Positions 1-10,868 of a stretch of DNA of 64,000 nt are shown here, piece by piece. Source of the stretch: the human T2T-CHM13v2.0 reference genome, Homo sapiens. Under the pieces are notes generated by a model. The model was given only the letters and a program-made list of their open reading frames with translations. It was not told the DNA's origin and ran no database searches. Within the stretch, counting starts at the first letter, position 1; every line of letters begins with the position of its first letter. Location of the stretch: assembly GCF_009914755.1 (NCBI RefSeq), contig NC_060935.1. One strand, written 5' to 3'. The position numbers and the translations under genes were made by a program.

Positions 1-443
1 GTTCAATTCTGAGATAGGAGAAAAACCGCCCTGTGGTGGGAGGCAAGACATGTTGGCAGCAATGCTGCTTTATTATTCTTTACTCCACTGAGATGTTTGG
101 GTGGAGAGAAACATAAATCTGGACTATGTGCACATCCAGGCATAGTACCTTCCCTTGAACTTATTTGTGACACAGATTCCTTTGCTCACGTTTTCTTGTT
201 GACCTTCTCCTCACTATGACCCTGCCCTCCTACCGCATTCATCTTGCTGAGATAGTGAAAATGGTAATCAATAAATAATGAGGGAACTCAGAGAATGGTG
301 CAGGTGCGGGTCCTCTGTATGCTGAGGGCCGGTCCCCTGGGCCCACTTTTCTTTCTCTATACTTTGTCTCTGTGTCTTATTTCTTTTCTCAGTCCCTCCT
401 CCCACCTGATGAGAATTACCCACAGGTGTGGAGGGGCTGCCTC
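1..443 (+). mobile_element. HERV-K (HML-2) LTR5A/B-type LTR, 3' portion (cut by window start)
   Basis: LTR5-like blocks gagataggagaaaaaccgcc, AATAAA at 270-275 and the U5 end cccacaggtgtggaggggctg. No PBS or gag follows, so probably a solo LTR. Confidence 0.8.
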
Positions 444-2288
444 CGAATTAAGGAGCACAGCGGGCGCCTTGAGAGGGTCTTGGAGGGTCATTCGGGCGGT
501 GAGGTCTGGAGGAAAGCGGGGCGGGTTTCTTCCTCCTGAGGTACCAGGAAGATGGAGGCCACTGCAGACCGCGTGCCCCTACTAGTCCCTGCGGCCCTGG
601 GCGCTCGAACCTCGGGCCACAGCTAGGATGGGCGCGGTGGTTATTCCCTTTTCTGGAAGGAGGAAGGCTAGCAGCCTCTGGAGTTTTGATGGGGCCGACA
701 CCCCCTTAAGAGTCCAAACGAAGGCTCCTTATGAAGGCATTACTCTCATAGAGGTTCTTTGCCTTCCAGGTCTTTGACTGAGCTGGAGTCTATGATCTGG
801 ATCCTAGGAATCCCGATCTCACAACACTTTTGACCTCAAATTGAAGTGAACATCACCTTTTCCTGCTAGTAGTTGAGTAATTTGGTAATATTTATCCAAA
901 ACCTAAAAATCATGCACAATCATCTAGACCATCAAAACAGAGTAACATGGTAGTAGTAAGAGAAGTAACAATGGCAAAGGCGCCATACCATTTCCGGAGC
1001 GTTCGTGCCAGGTACATCTCCACGACCATCCCATAGGCTACCTCATTTAGGCTCATGCCCTCTATGAGACAGTATTAGCGGGGGCATGTTCTTTACATGC
1101 AACGACAGAACCAGGACAGAGGCAAACATAAAGACGCAGTGGCTTTCAGGGTCGAGCTCAGCACAGTGTTAATTCTGTCTATATTCTACTGCCCAAAGCC
1201 CAACATTGATGGGGTGGAGAGCAACTGCAAAGGCACCTGGCAACCAGTGTGTGTACAGGGAAGGGGGAAGATCTGAGAACAATTTTCCACACTCGGCCAC
1301 TGGTTCTTCCAATTCTCCAAGTACTTCAAACTAGATTAAACAGCAAACGTGTATTTAATATAGAATGTGTGTGCATTTTAATATATTGGATAGGCTATGA
1401 GACGTGACCTGGAAAAGCACTAGGCTTAGATACAATATTGCATTAAACTGCTCTGGGTCCATGAATGTGAGAATCATATTCATTCACCTCTGTTCCCCAA
1501 TGTCCAGTACAATACCTGGCACAAAGTAGGAATTAACACATCTCTTAAATGAATGAAACCATGTGGAAATGATATTATTTGTGTACCTCTTCTGTCTTCC
1601 CTATTTGAGGGCAGGGGTCAACATTTTACCCTTCATAGAATGTGGCACCGGATCTTGTAAATTGCCACCCGAAATTTATACCTTGAATAGATTATTGGAT
1701 TAATGAAAAAGCATTATACTAGGAAGAAGTAAGCCACTGTGCCTTTTTGCAGTTAGATCTGAGAGGCAGCCATCATTCAATAGAATAAGTTTGGCTTCTA
1801 GTTTCAGATGGGAATACAAATCCTCATAAGGATGTTTCTGCACAATTATTTGCTAAAGCTTTTTGTGAAATGGCGAAGATAATCTCACCTTCCCCACAGG
1901 GTTATTGAGAGTATTAAATGAAACAGACACATGTAAATGCCAAGCTCAGAGAGGAACTCAAAGCAGTACAGCAGCAGAGGTCATTTCCCTCTACACACTC
2001 CCTGCTGCTTCCGTGGGCAGACATAAGTGTTAGCCAGGCCAATGAAAGCAGTTAAGCAGCCAAGTTGGACTTTGCCAAGGGATCCCACACCACCACCACC
2101 CCTTTTAAAGGTTACTACAAAAGTAATCTTAAGAAAGTTTTATATATAATAACTGTGATATTTTTAACTTGATTGCACATCTTATCAAACAGGTATTGAT
2201 TTTCAGTGCTTTCAATGATTAAGAATAAGGGCAACAAAAAAGAAAATCTGTGTATAATATGATGAACCTGGAATTTTTGGTTTCATAC

Positions 2289-2339
2289 GTGTGTGTATAT
2301 ATATGTATATTTATGTATATATATATATATACACACACA
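2289..2339. repeat. Compound (TG)/(TA)/(CA) microsatellite
   Basis: Dinucleotide runs are directly visible. Confidence 0.9.
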
Positions 2340-3108
2340 GAGCAGTAATGGCCTTTAAAATAAATTCAAATAATGATAGAAAACAAAACATCTTCATGCA
2401 TGGTGTAATCTTTTTCCTACAAGAAGGCCTTGTTTTAAAAATGTGCATAAGGTTATGCTTTTGCATATTTTATATAATTTCTTAAAGGTATGTTATCAAA
2501 TTAATGTTTTCCAGCCAGGGTATCATATTTAAGGGTGATAGTAAATACTCCAAACACACCAGCTGTCACAAAATAATTATGCCTATGTCTATTATTGTTA
2601 TCTGTTTCTCATAAAATTAATCATAAATGATATGAATTATTGATTAAAATTAGTGTTTATAGACTATAAACCTATGAAAAGCCACAAGAGCAGTATTTTT
2701 ACATATTTTTCAAGAATTCAGATAACAGTGTAACCTTTGATTATAATAACAGAATTCATTTCTGTAGCAGAATTACAAATACAGCAATTATAAATATAAA
2801 TGATACTCCGTTAAGTCCATCCTGCTTTTAACTGTGCAACTATTTACAGCCAGAGGCAGGAATAAAAAAGGGTGTATACGTGTGGAAGAAAATTCACTCC
2901 ATGCTGTTTTTGACCTTGCGTGTAAAAAATAATTCATTACTATCAAAAGAGGCATTTTCCCAAATAAAAACAAACAAGGAAACAAAAACACAGGAAAAAA
3001 AAAAAAACTACTTACTGACCGTGACTTAAGTGTGGAGGAAAAAACCCTTTGCAGCTAATGTTGGCAAAAGTGTGTCCCCCGTAGATTTAGTCTAAGAATT
3101 AAGAAACT

Positions 3109-3374
3109 GGCCGGGCGCGGTGGTTCATACCTGTAATCCTAGCACTTTGGGAGGCCAAGGTAGGCGGGCTGCCTGAGTTCAGGAGTTTGAGACCAGCCTG
3201 GGGAACATGGCGAAATCCTGTAGTCCCAGCTACTCAAGTGGCTGAGGCATGAGAATCGCTTGAACCTGGGAGATGGAGGTTTCAGTAAGCCAAGATCATG
3301 CCACTTCACTCCAGCCTGGGTGACACAGTGAGACTCTGTCTCTAAAAAAAAAGAAAAAAGAAAAAAGAAAAAAA
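3109..3374 (+). mobile_element. Alu (S-type) with ~50 bp internal deletion of the central linker
   Basis: GGCCGGGCGCGGTGG start and A-rich tail; ggcgaaatcc joins directly to tgtagtcccagc at ~3217. Confidence 0.93.
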
Positions 3375-4136
3375 TAGCCTGTTTAATGAAGCATTGACAA
3401 GGAACCCAGGCTATGATTATAGAATAGGAGCTTCATAGTAATTGTAAGAACTCTGGTTCTTAGAAGACAAAAGTTAAATTTAATAAATAAGTTTAATGGC
3501 CAAAATATCTTTTTAAAACTTGTTTGTAGTCTTTAGAATGTGAATTTTATTTGGTTTAGATCTTACTAAGCTATATTTTGTAACTGAAATTAATACTTCA
3601 TTTTTGCCTGAAATTAGTAGAAAAAACAATAGCTAAAGTTTGCTACAGATAAATAAATGTCAATATTAGACTTTTTTTCTTTTGAAAAGGTAGGGAACTT
3701 TAATTAGTAATATAAGTTAAGAAAATGACAAAGATGTCAGATAATGAAGAAAAAATGTGACAGTAATCTTTCATCCAAAAAAAGGTTATGTTCCTATTGT
3801 CTAAAGCCAAAATATATTTCATTGCAAATATATATAAAGTTTAAGAATTGTTATTTTAGGCCCTTTCCGCAATAAGCCAACACATAACTTATCATGCCAT
3901 AAATGTTTTTAAAAGAAATATGATTAAAATTATACAAAACGACATAAAAATTTCAGAAAGAATATTGATAAATATCTTGGTACATAGTAGATTTAGTTGC
4001 ACAGATATTAGGTGGTACAAGTTTTATATCTTCTATAATAATAACTTTTTATTATCTCCTTGTGCACTAATATTTCAATATGTCAAAGTCATTTGAATAA
4101 CCTTTCTAGTAAATCTCAACTTCGTAGATTGAAAAC

Positions 4137-4760
4137 TTTTTTAAAAGCTTTATTTAAGTTTAGTGGTACATGTGCAGGTCTGCTATATAGATAAACTCAT
4201 GTCATGGGGGTTTGATGTACAGATTATTTCACCACCAAGGTATTAAGCCTAGTACCCATTAGTTGTTTTTCCCGATCCTCTCCCTTCTTCCATCCACCAC
4301 CCTCCGATAGGCCCCAGCGTCTGTTGTTCCCCTCTGCGTGTCCATGTGTTCTCATCATTTAGCTCCCACGTATAAGTGATAATATGCAGTATTTGATTTC
4401 TGTTCCTGCATTAGTTTGCCAAGAATAATGGCCTCTAGCTCCATCCATGTCCCTGTACAGGACATGATCTCATTATTTTTTATGGCTGTGTAGTATTCAA
4501 TGGTATACTGAGTTTTCTTTATCCAGCCTACCACTGATAGGCATTTAGGTTGATTCTTTGCTATTGTGAACAGCGCTGCAAGGAACATACGTGTTCGTGT
4601 GTCTTTATGAAAGAATGATTTATATTCCTTTGGGTACATACCCAGTCATGGGATTGCTGGGTTGAATGGTAGTTCTGTTTTTAAGTCTTTGAGGAATTGC
4701 CACACTGTTTTCCACAATGGTTGAACTAATTTACACTCCCACCTAGTATATAATCCTTCC
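4137..4760 (-). mobile_element. L1PA/L1PB-type 3' fragment (ORF2 C-terminus plus 3'UTR)
   Basis: ORF 4355-4639 (YPKEYKSF..TRMFLAALFTIAK..WMELEAIIL) is the L1 ORF2p C-terminus; a typical L1 3'UTR follows. Confidence 0.92.
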
Positions 4761-4875
4761 TTTTGGAAACAAATTTTATCAGTATATTCAATTCTGAACA
4801 CCCATGTTTTAGAAAATGTTAAGCCTATTGTCCTTTAATCACTATTTGCTTACACATTAAAATGTAAAACAGGCA

Positions 4876-5134
4876 AAAGAGAAAGAAGGAAGAAAGGAGG
4901 GAGGGAGGGAAGGAGAAAAGTGAGAAAGAAAGAAAGATAAAAGAAAAAAGAAAGAAGAAAGAAAGAAAGAGAAGAAATAAAGAGAAAAAAGAAAGGAAGA
5001 AAGGAAGGAAGGAATGAAGAAGAAAAGAAAAAAGAGAAAGAAAGAAGGAAAGAAAAAGAAAAAAAGAAAGAGAAAGAAAGAAAGAAAGAGAAAGAAAGAA
5101 AGAGAGAGAGAGAGAGAAAGAGAGAGAAAAGAAA
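4876..5134. repeat. (GAAA/GGAA/GA)n polypurine tract
   Basis: ~260 bp of almost pure purine repeat. Confidence 0.95.
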
Positions 5135-5269
5135 ATTTTCTCCAGATTAGAATTATTGGCTGCTATTGTTTGGATGCTGGGTACTAGCTGTGATTACCCT
5201 TTGTGAATGTAGGAATGCACAGATTCCAAAAGTGAGTCTCATAGAAAAAGTCAGCATTCAAATATGTTT

Positions 5270-5901
5270 TAAGGTTACTCTATCCAAACCCCAAAGAACC
5301 CACAGAAGATGAAGCAGTAATTTTAGCTTCTCTTGGTGTATTGTACATGCATTTAAGGCCAGTTCCTTCCTTCAAATTCCCATGTGTTTTGTAGTTACCA
5401 ACACACCTTTCAACCCTATCTGTTTATATACATCATATAGTCCTCTGTCAATTGCATAAAAGTTGTCCCCTTTGTGACTGTAATCGCCTTTTCCAATACA
5501 CATCTACTCAGAATGCAGGTCCTTAAACAGCAGGCTGCCTTGAAAACCCTCTCCAATCTTCTTCGATCATCAGCTTTGAGATGCATATTCCTAGAGCCCA
5601 TATCATCTTCTTCATCACTATCATAAACGTCTCCACATATTGATGAACGTTTGGAGAATCGATTTATGACAAGGGAGTTTACTCTTCCTGCATCCGCGGC
5701 TTCTTCGTGATTTTGTCCTAGTCACCGGGCCTATCCCACCTGCTGGGGATGCCGCCCCCTCGGAAGTGCCTGAAATCTCCCCACTTACCCAACTAGCCTC
5801 AGCGCCTCCTGTGTGCTGCAGCAGATGGCGCGCTGCAGACCCCAGCCTGGTGCCTCCGCGACTCCTCCCCAACCATGATTTACAGGCGGGGACAGCCACA
5901 T
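5270..5901 (-). pseudogene. Processed pseudogene of PRKAR2B (PKA regulatory subunit RII-beta), coding remnant
   Basis: Minus-strand translation gives collinear blocks GGGIPSR, ADAGRVNSLVINRFSKRSSICGDVYDSDEEDDMGSRNMHLKADDRRRL, LLFKDLHSE* (TAG 5504-5506), [37 protein letters not shown] and LDRVT. These match RII-beta [104 protein letters not shown] and LDRVT. No introns; frameshifts and a stop are present. The boundary above ~5760 is weaker. Confidence 0.88.
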
Positions 5902-6460
5902 TCCTGCGCCCCAACTTCCACCTCCGCTTCCTGCGCGCGCGAGACTCAAGCTGCCACAGTGGCTCTGCCGCCAGCGTCCCAGCTCCTCCCACACCCGAGT
6001 TTTTATTTCCTGCTCCCTCTCCAGCCCGGCCCAGGCCAGCCTACCGGCGACTAGGATGCTTTCGCTTTCGCTCTCGCTTTCCAATACTCGGGACTGGGGA
6101 AACCGGGAGAATAGAAGCAGGCAAGGACCGCCGTGGGCACGGGGTCAGTGAGACAGGGTCCTGCTCGCGGCGTCAAGGAGGAGCGCTGTGGGTGGGTAGG
6201 GTAGGCGCGCCCCCTCGGCCTTGCCTTTCCAACCACTCTTTTTTGCACGCCAACAGGTGTCCCCAGCGCAGCCAATCGGCTTCCGAAGTAGGTGAGTTGC
6301 TGCCTGAAGAGAAAAGACAAACTCCAGTATCTTTCATTCCATTGGCCAGACGCGCCATTCCCCAAGTGAGTTCTGTTCTCCAACCAAAGTGCTGGATTCC
6401 AAGGGACTGGAAGGGAAAGTCCCTAAAAATCACGAGTTCAGGCGTCTGAGACTTGGTGGG
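5690..6460. promoter_or_regulatory. FAM111A: CpG island, upstream bidirectional promoter of FAM111A / FAM111A-DT
   Basis: High CpG/GC content; ETS core CGGAAGTG 5761-5768; CTCF-like GCAGCAGATGGCGC 5818-5831; tandem IRF-type hexamers 6058-6081; CCAAT boxes; + strand donors AG|GTGAGT at 6291 and 6478. Confidence 0.8.
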
Positions 6461-6670
6461 AACGGACCTTCCTCTTAGGTGAGTTACTCTTTGGTTCTGG
6501 GGCTGACCTGGAGTTTTGCCAGGATTCATTGGCCGCAGCAGGATGCTGGTGGGGACAGGGTAAATAAAATCTGCACTCCTGCGGGCTTTTATTGTTGAAA
6601 GGGGCACTGACGCTCTCCCTGGAAACTTAAAAAGAACAGCCAAGTGAACGGATGTGTCTTTCTTTTGCAG

Positions 6671-6869
6671 TGCCCAAGCCTGTTCTAATTTTTAAAAACT
6701 GATGTCTATTAAGACCCAATGTTAACTTTATGAAAATGGTTCCTAAGGAGATTCACATCTCTGTGTCCGAATTCTGTGTGCAGCAAACATCATCTCAAGT
6801 GCGTTTTCCCAACTACGCTTCTTTCCAGGATAAAATACTCTAAGTGACAAATGTTGAGTACATTATCAG
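6671..6869 (+). other. FAM111A: Candidate FAM111A non-coding 5' exon
   Basis: Acceptor tttcttttgcag ending 6670; donor CAG|GTATGT at 6869/6870. Confidence 0.6.
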
Positions 6870-6882
6870 GTATGTTCACTAT

Positions 6883-7700
6883 TGTGAGAACTGAAGCCAT
6901 CTACACTCACATAGCTTGCCAACTACATTAACCTGACTTCTTATTCCATTATTTTCATCAACATACATTTACTATTTCAAGAAACTTTTGCCAGGGACCG
7001 GAAAGTTGCAAATATCTTTATTGCTTAATCCAGTATCTTCTTCAAAGATCCAACCACTCTTCAATGGAAAACATCAAAGAACAGTTTACATTCTAAGACT
7101 TTGAACCTTTACCTCAAAATCCTAGCCTTGTTTTATCTACCAATCCTAAACTTTTACCCGTAGCTGACTCAATTCTAACCAATTCCCCTCATTAAATATT
7201 AGACTTACAATGGGACTTCAAAATCTCAATACATATAGCCCAAACTTGCTCTTCCCTCTCTGAGACACCACTTAAATTCTGTCAAGTTATTGTTCTCCAT
7301 TACCTAAGTGAGCAAGAAACTTAGCTTTGTCTTATCAACAGGTTGCTTTGATATTACTGGGAGCCAACATTTGACATTCTTGGAGGCTCCAGCAAGACCT
7401 AATCAACCTCCCAACCCTCAACTCAGAATCAGTGTGTGCCCTGAAGTCCCTTCAACCTTCTTGAGGCTCTCCCTGATCTCAAAGGTGGAGAAAGTAGATC
7501 TTGCATCAGGTTGAACTCCAGTTTCTTTTTGCTCAGTTTTTCAAGCGCTGAGTTTATTTTGTCCCTAGGCATAAAGAAATCTTTCTAGGAACCCCTTTGG
7601 TTATGGGACCAGATTTTTAAAAGCTTTTTAGGCTTGGTGAAAAATCTGCCTTATCACTAGCAACACTACGACTTGTCTCTGTTCTTGTTTTTTGTTGTAC
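6883..7700 (+). mobile_element. Old ERV1-class LTR (MER34-like, ~6883-7377) plus start of internal leader
   Basis: TG...CA ends; U5-like aaacttagctttgtcttatcaacagg; followed by ttcttggaggctccagcaaga, resembling an ERV1 PBS/leader start. Confidence 0.5.
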
Positions 7701-7859
7701 TCGTGTAAAAGAAAAGTTCAAGGGAAGAGAACAGGCTCAAGTCTACTTCTCACGCTGGCTCTGGGGATTAGGAAATTCAGAAAGTTTTGTTTCAGACTGG
7801 CAGTGCTGTCTGATATAAACACAGCGTCAAGTACTGCACGCTGTAGCTACCTGAGGTTT

Positions 7860-8300
7860 AGGCCGGAAGAGGCACGGCTGATTTAAAAGTGAAAGAAAGT
7901 AACCAATTGGTTCGCAGACAACCTTTTCCCAAAAGGCGGGCGATTCAAACCCCTAGCCCCACCTGCTCCGTTTCCCGCCCAGCTGGAGCTCTGGAGCCTT
8001 TGCTTCCTCAAATACGAGCGGGAACTGCGTTGAGCGCTGGATTCCAGGCCGAGTGCTGGCGAGGCGCGCAGTGAGTGAGCACACAGGGCGCTGGGGTGCT
8101 CCGCGGGGCGCGGTCACGGGCGCGGCCGCGGCGGGCTCGAGTCCCGGCTGGGAGGAGAAGGAGCTGGGTGTCAGGAAGCCGGGGACTGACAGCGCCACCC
8201 ATCTGGGGAGCCGGGAGGACACAGGTTTTATTTTGGTAGTGCTGCAAGTCCCCTTGTGTGCTGGGGGGAGCGGGGCGGCGTGGTAGGATTGGAAGAGGCT
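7860..8300 (+). promoter_or_regulatory. FAM111A: Second CpG-island promoter and alternative first exon of FAM111A (donor at 8070/8071)
   Basis: IRF-type AAAAGTGAAAG 7885-7895; palindromic AACCAATTGGTT 7901-7912; inverted CHR TTCAAA 7944-7949; E2F TTTCCCGC 7971-7978; donor GCA|GTGAGT. Confidence 0.8.
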
Positions 8301-9130
8301 TAGAGTTGGCCTCGACCCCTGCCCTTGCCCCTGGAAAGGCAGAAAGTGGGGGTTGGGGTGCGGAGAAGCAGGAAGAGAGGGAGAGTGAAGGAGGGGAGGA
8401 AAGGGAGAGAGGAAGAGGGAGAGTGAAGGAGGGGAGGAAAGGGAGAGAGGCAGAGAGGGGGAAGGAGAGAGGGAAGGAAGGAGAGATTGAGAGACAGAGA
8501 AATTCCTAAGGGGAGCTGTCAGGTGGGCTGGACATGGGCCCCAGGCTGCACTGCTTTATCCCTTTGCTGTAGGAAGTCAAGCAAGTTCTTTAGGTAAGTA
8601 GAACCTTGATGTCAAGTATAAAACAGGGGTTGGTATAGGATAGCTAAGAGCACTTTATATTTTGATATAATCTGATTTATCCTGGATACTGAAAACAATG
8701 TAGGGAGACGGAGGATATTGGAGTGTTTTCTTAACCTCTTGCCCCTTTCCACTGTGATTGCTCAAGTACATGCAAAATTAATGTTTCTTTCTGCCCATTT
8801 TATTTTCCTTTTTTTGTCTGTGTCTATTAATCATTCCTAAAGCACCCGGATCCTCTCTCAAACTTCGTAAGATGAGACATCATGAACAGACACAGTGAAT
8901 CCCTAGATTTTCTTAATAGTTGGGCAACAAGTTCTTGCATTTAGGGATGTTGCAACATAGCCCAGTTCCGCAATTGTACATTTTCTATTTTTTTTCCTAG
9001 GTTCTCTGCTGTTTAAAAAGTATCCCTGTGGTGAGTGTATTGATATTGATAACATTTACATGACCTTTTTATTGATTATTTACTGGGGGACCTATTACAT
9101 ACAGGCAGTGTTTTAAAGGCTTTGCATATG

Positions 9131-9559
<429 letters not shown>

Positions 9560-10209
9560 CAATATATTTCTTAATCTTTATAACAAGGTTGATTCCCACC
9601 TTAAGGTGAGGAAAATGAAGGAAGAATAGTTAATTAATATGCCCAAGGTCATGCAGCTAGTAAGTGGCTACCTGATATTTGAACTCAGACAGTTTTATAA
9701 GTTCTAACATTATTTTAGCACTTCCATATTCATTATCTCATTTAGAATCATTGCTTCTTTTTACAAACAAGAAATTGAGGCTCAGAAAGGCTAAATGAAT
9801 TTCCCTAGTCAATGACTGACAGTAAACTAGAAAGCCAGGACTCTTGTTCCATAGTGGAATGGTTACGAGAGTAAACATAGCCTTTAGATAACTTCCATTT
9901 GACAAGAAATACAGGGGCTAGAACATAAGTTAAACAATGACATGAGGAAACAACCCAGGAGGTGAACATTCTATAGAGACAATTTCTCTGTTCTCTTCAA
10001 CAAATCAGTGCTTTTTCTAGAATAAAAGAGCCTTATAAGACATATAAAGGAAACTGTGTACCTCAGTTGGATCTTGGTATGAATAAATCAGTATTGTGAT
10101 TATAAAAGAAAAATTATGTAATTTTTAGAGATGGGAAGTGACCATTAGCGTTTAAATGTCATGATGTTTCTAGCTGTAACATAAATCATCTAGTAAAATA
10201 AAAGGATGG

Positions 10210-10868
10210 TGTAAGGGTAGCCAAACCCGGGTTTGGCAACTCACACCTCAAAGCCAAACATGAGAGATGAGAGTTGGTGGGAGGAAAAGCAGGTTCATTC
10301 AGAGAGCCAGCAAACTGAGAAGATGGCAGACTAGCAACCCAAAGTAGCCTCTTAAGTGAGTACAAGTTTCAGGCTCTTTATGTTAAGGGCATGGGGAAGA
10401 GAAGGGATTTACGATCAAGAGGTGACCATTGACTGGAGACATCTGAGCACCATCAAGGATCCAAGAAGGTTGGGAATGTCTTTGTCCTGATGTTCCAGTG
10501 AGCCCAAGCATTGATTTGCTGAAGAGAACAGATAAGTTGTCTCTATAGAATGTTAATTTCCTGGGCTGCTTCTACATGTTGTTGTTTAGCTTATGTTCTA
10601 GCCCCTGTATTTCTTGTCAAATGGAAGTTATCTAAAGATTATATTTATATTTGTTCTCCAGGTCACAACCCTCCTGTAAATTTTTAACAATCCATAGTTG
10701 TTTACATACTTTCCCTTTAATCCCAGAGCTAGTTTTTAAAACTACATTTTTTTTGCATATTATCTCACTGCTCTAAAATTAACCTCCCCTCCATGCATGA
10801 ATGGATAAAGACCCCGTGAACAAAAATAGAGTTCTTTATGTTAGTTCTTTTACTGTTTCACTGTTACA
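10210..10868 (-). mobile_element. Old solo LTR (MER-class, subfamily not determined)
   Basis: tgtaa...tgttaca termini; gagagttggtgggaggaaaagcagg and gagaagatggcagactag blocks typical of an antisense LTR R/U5 region. Confidence 0.55.

Larger units (their letters stand above)
2120..4870 (-). pseudogene. Probable 3'UTR remnant of the same PRKAR2B retrocopy, interrupted by Alu, L1 and microsatellites
   Basis: AT-rich unique sequence downstream of the coding remnant. Minus-strand blocks tagtgattaaaggacaataggcttaacat, tgataagttatgtgttggc, ccttcttgtaggaaaa and attccaggttcatcat resemble, in order, my recollection of the PRKAR2B 3'UTR. Needs alignment. Confidence 0.6.
3016..5950 (-). ncRNA. FAM111A-DT: Divergent lncRNA from the FAM111A promoter (candidate exon 1 ending 5789; candidate internal exon 3091-3016)
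   Basis: A divergent transcript is known at this locus. Minus-strand donor TGG|GTAAGT at 5789/5788, acceptor tttcttaattcttag before 3091 and donor TCA|GTAAGT after 3016. Exon assignment is inferred from splice motifs only. Confidence 0.45.

Noticed and set aside
5621-6643. Several long ORFs on both strands (e.g. 5766-6449, 227 aa)
   Set aside because: GC-rich promoter sequence with few stop codons; no domain similarity. The real signal is the frameshifted minus-strand PRKAR2B relic.
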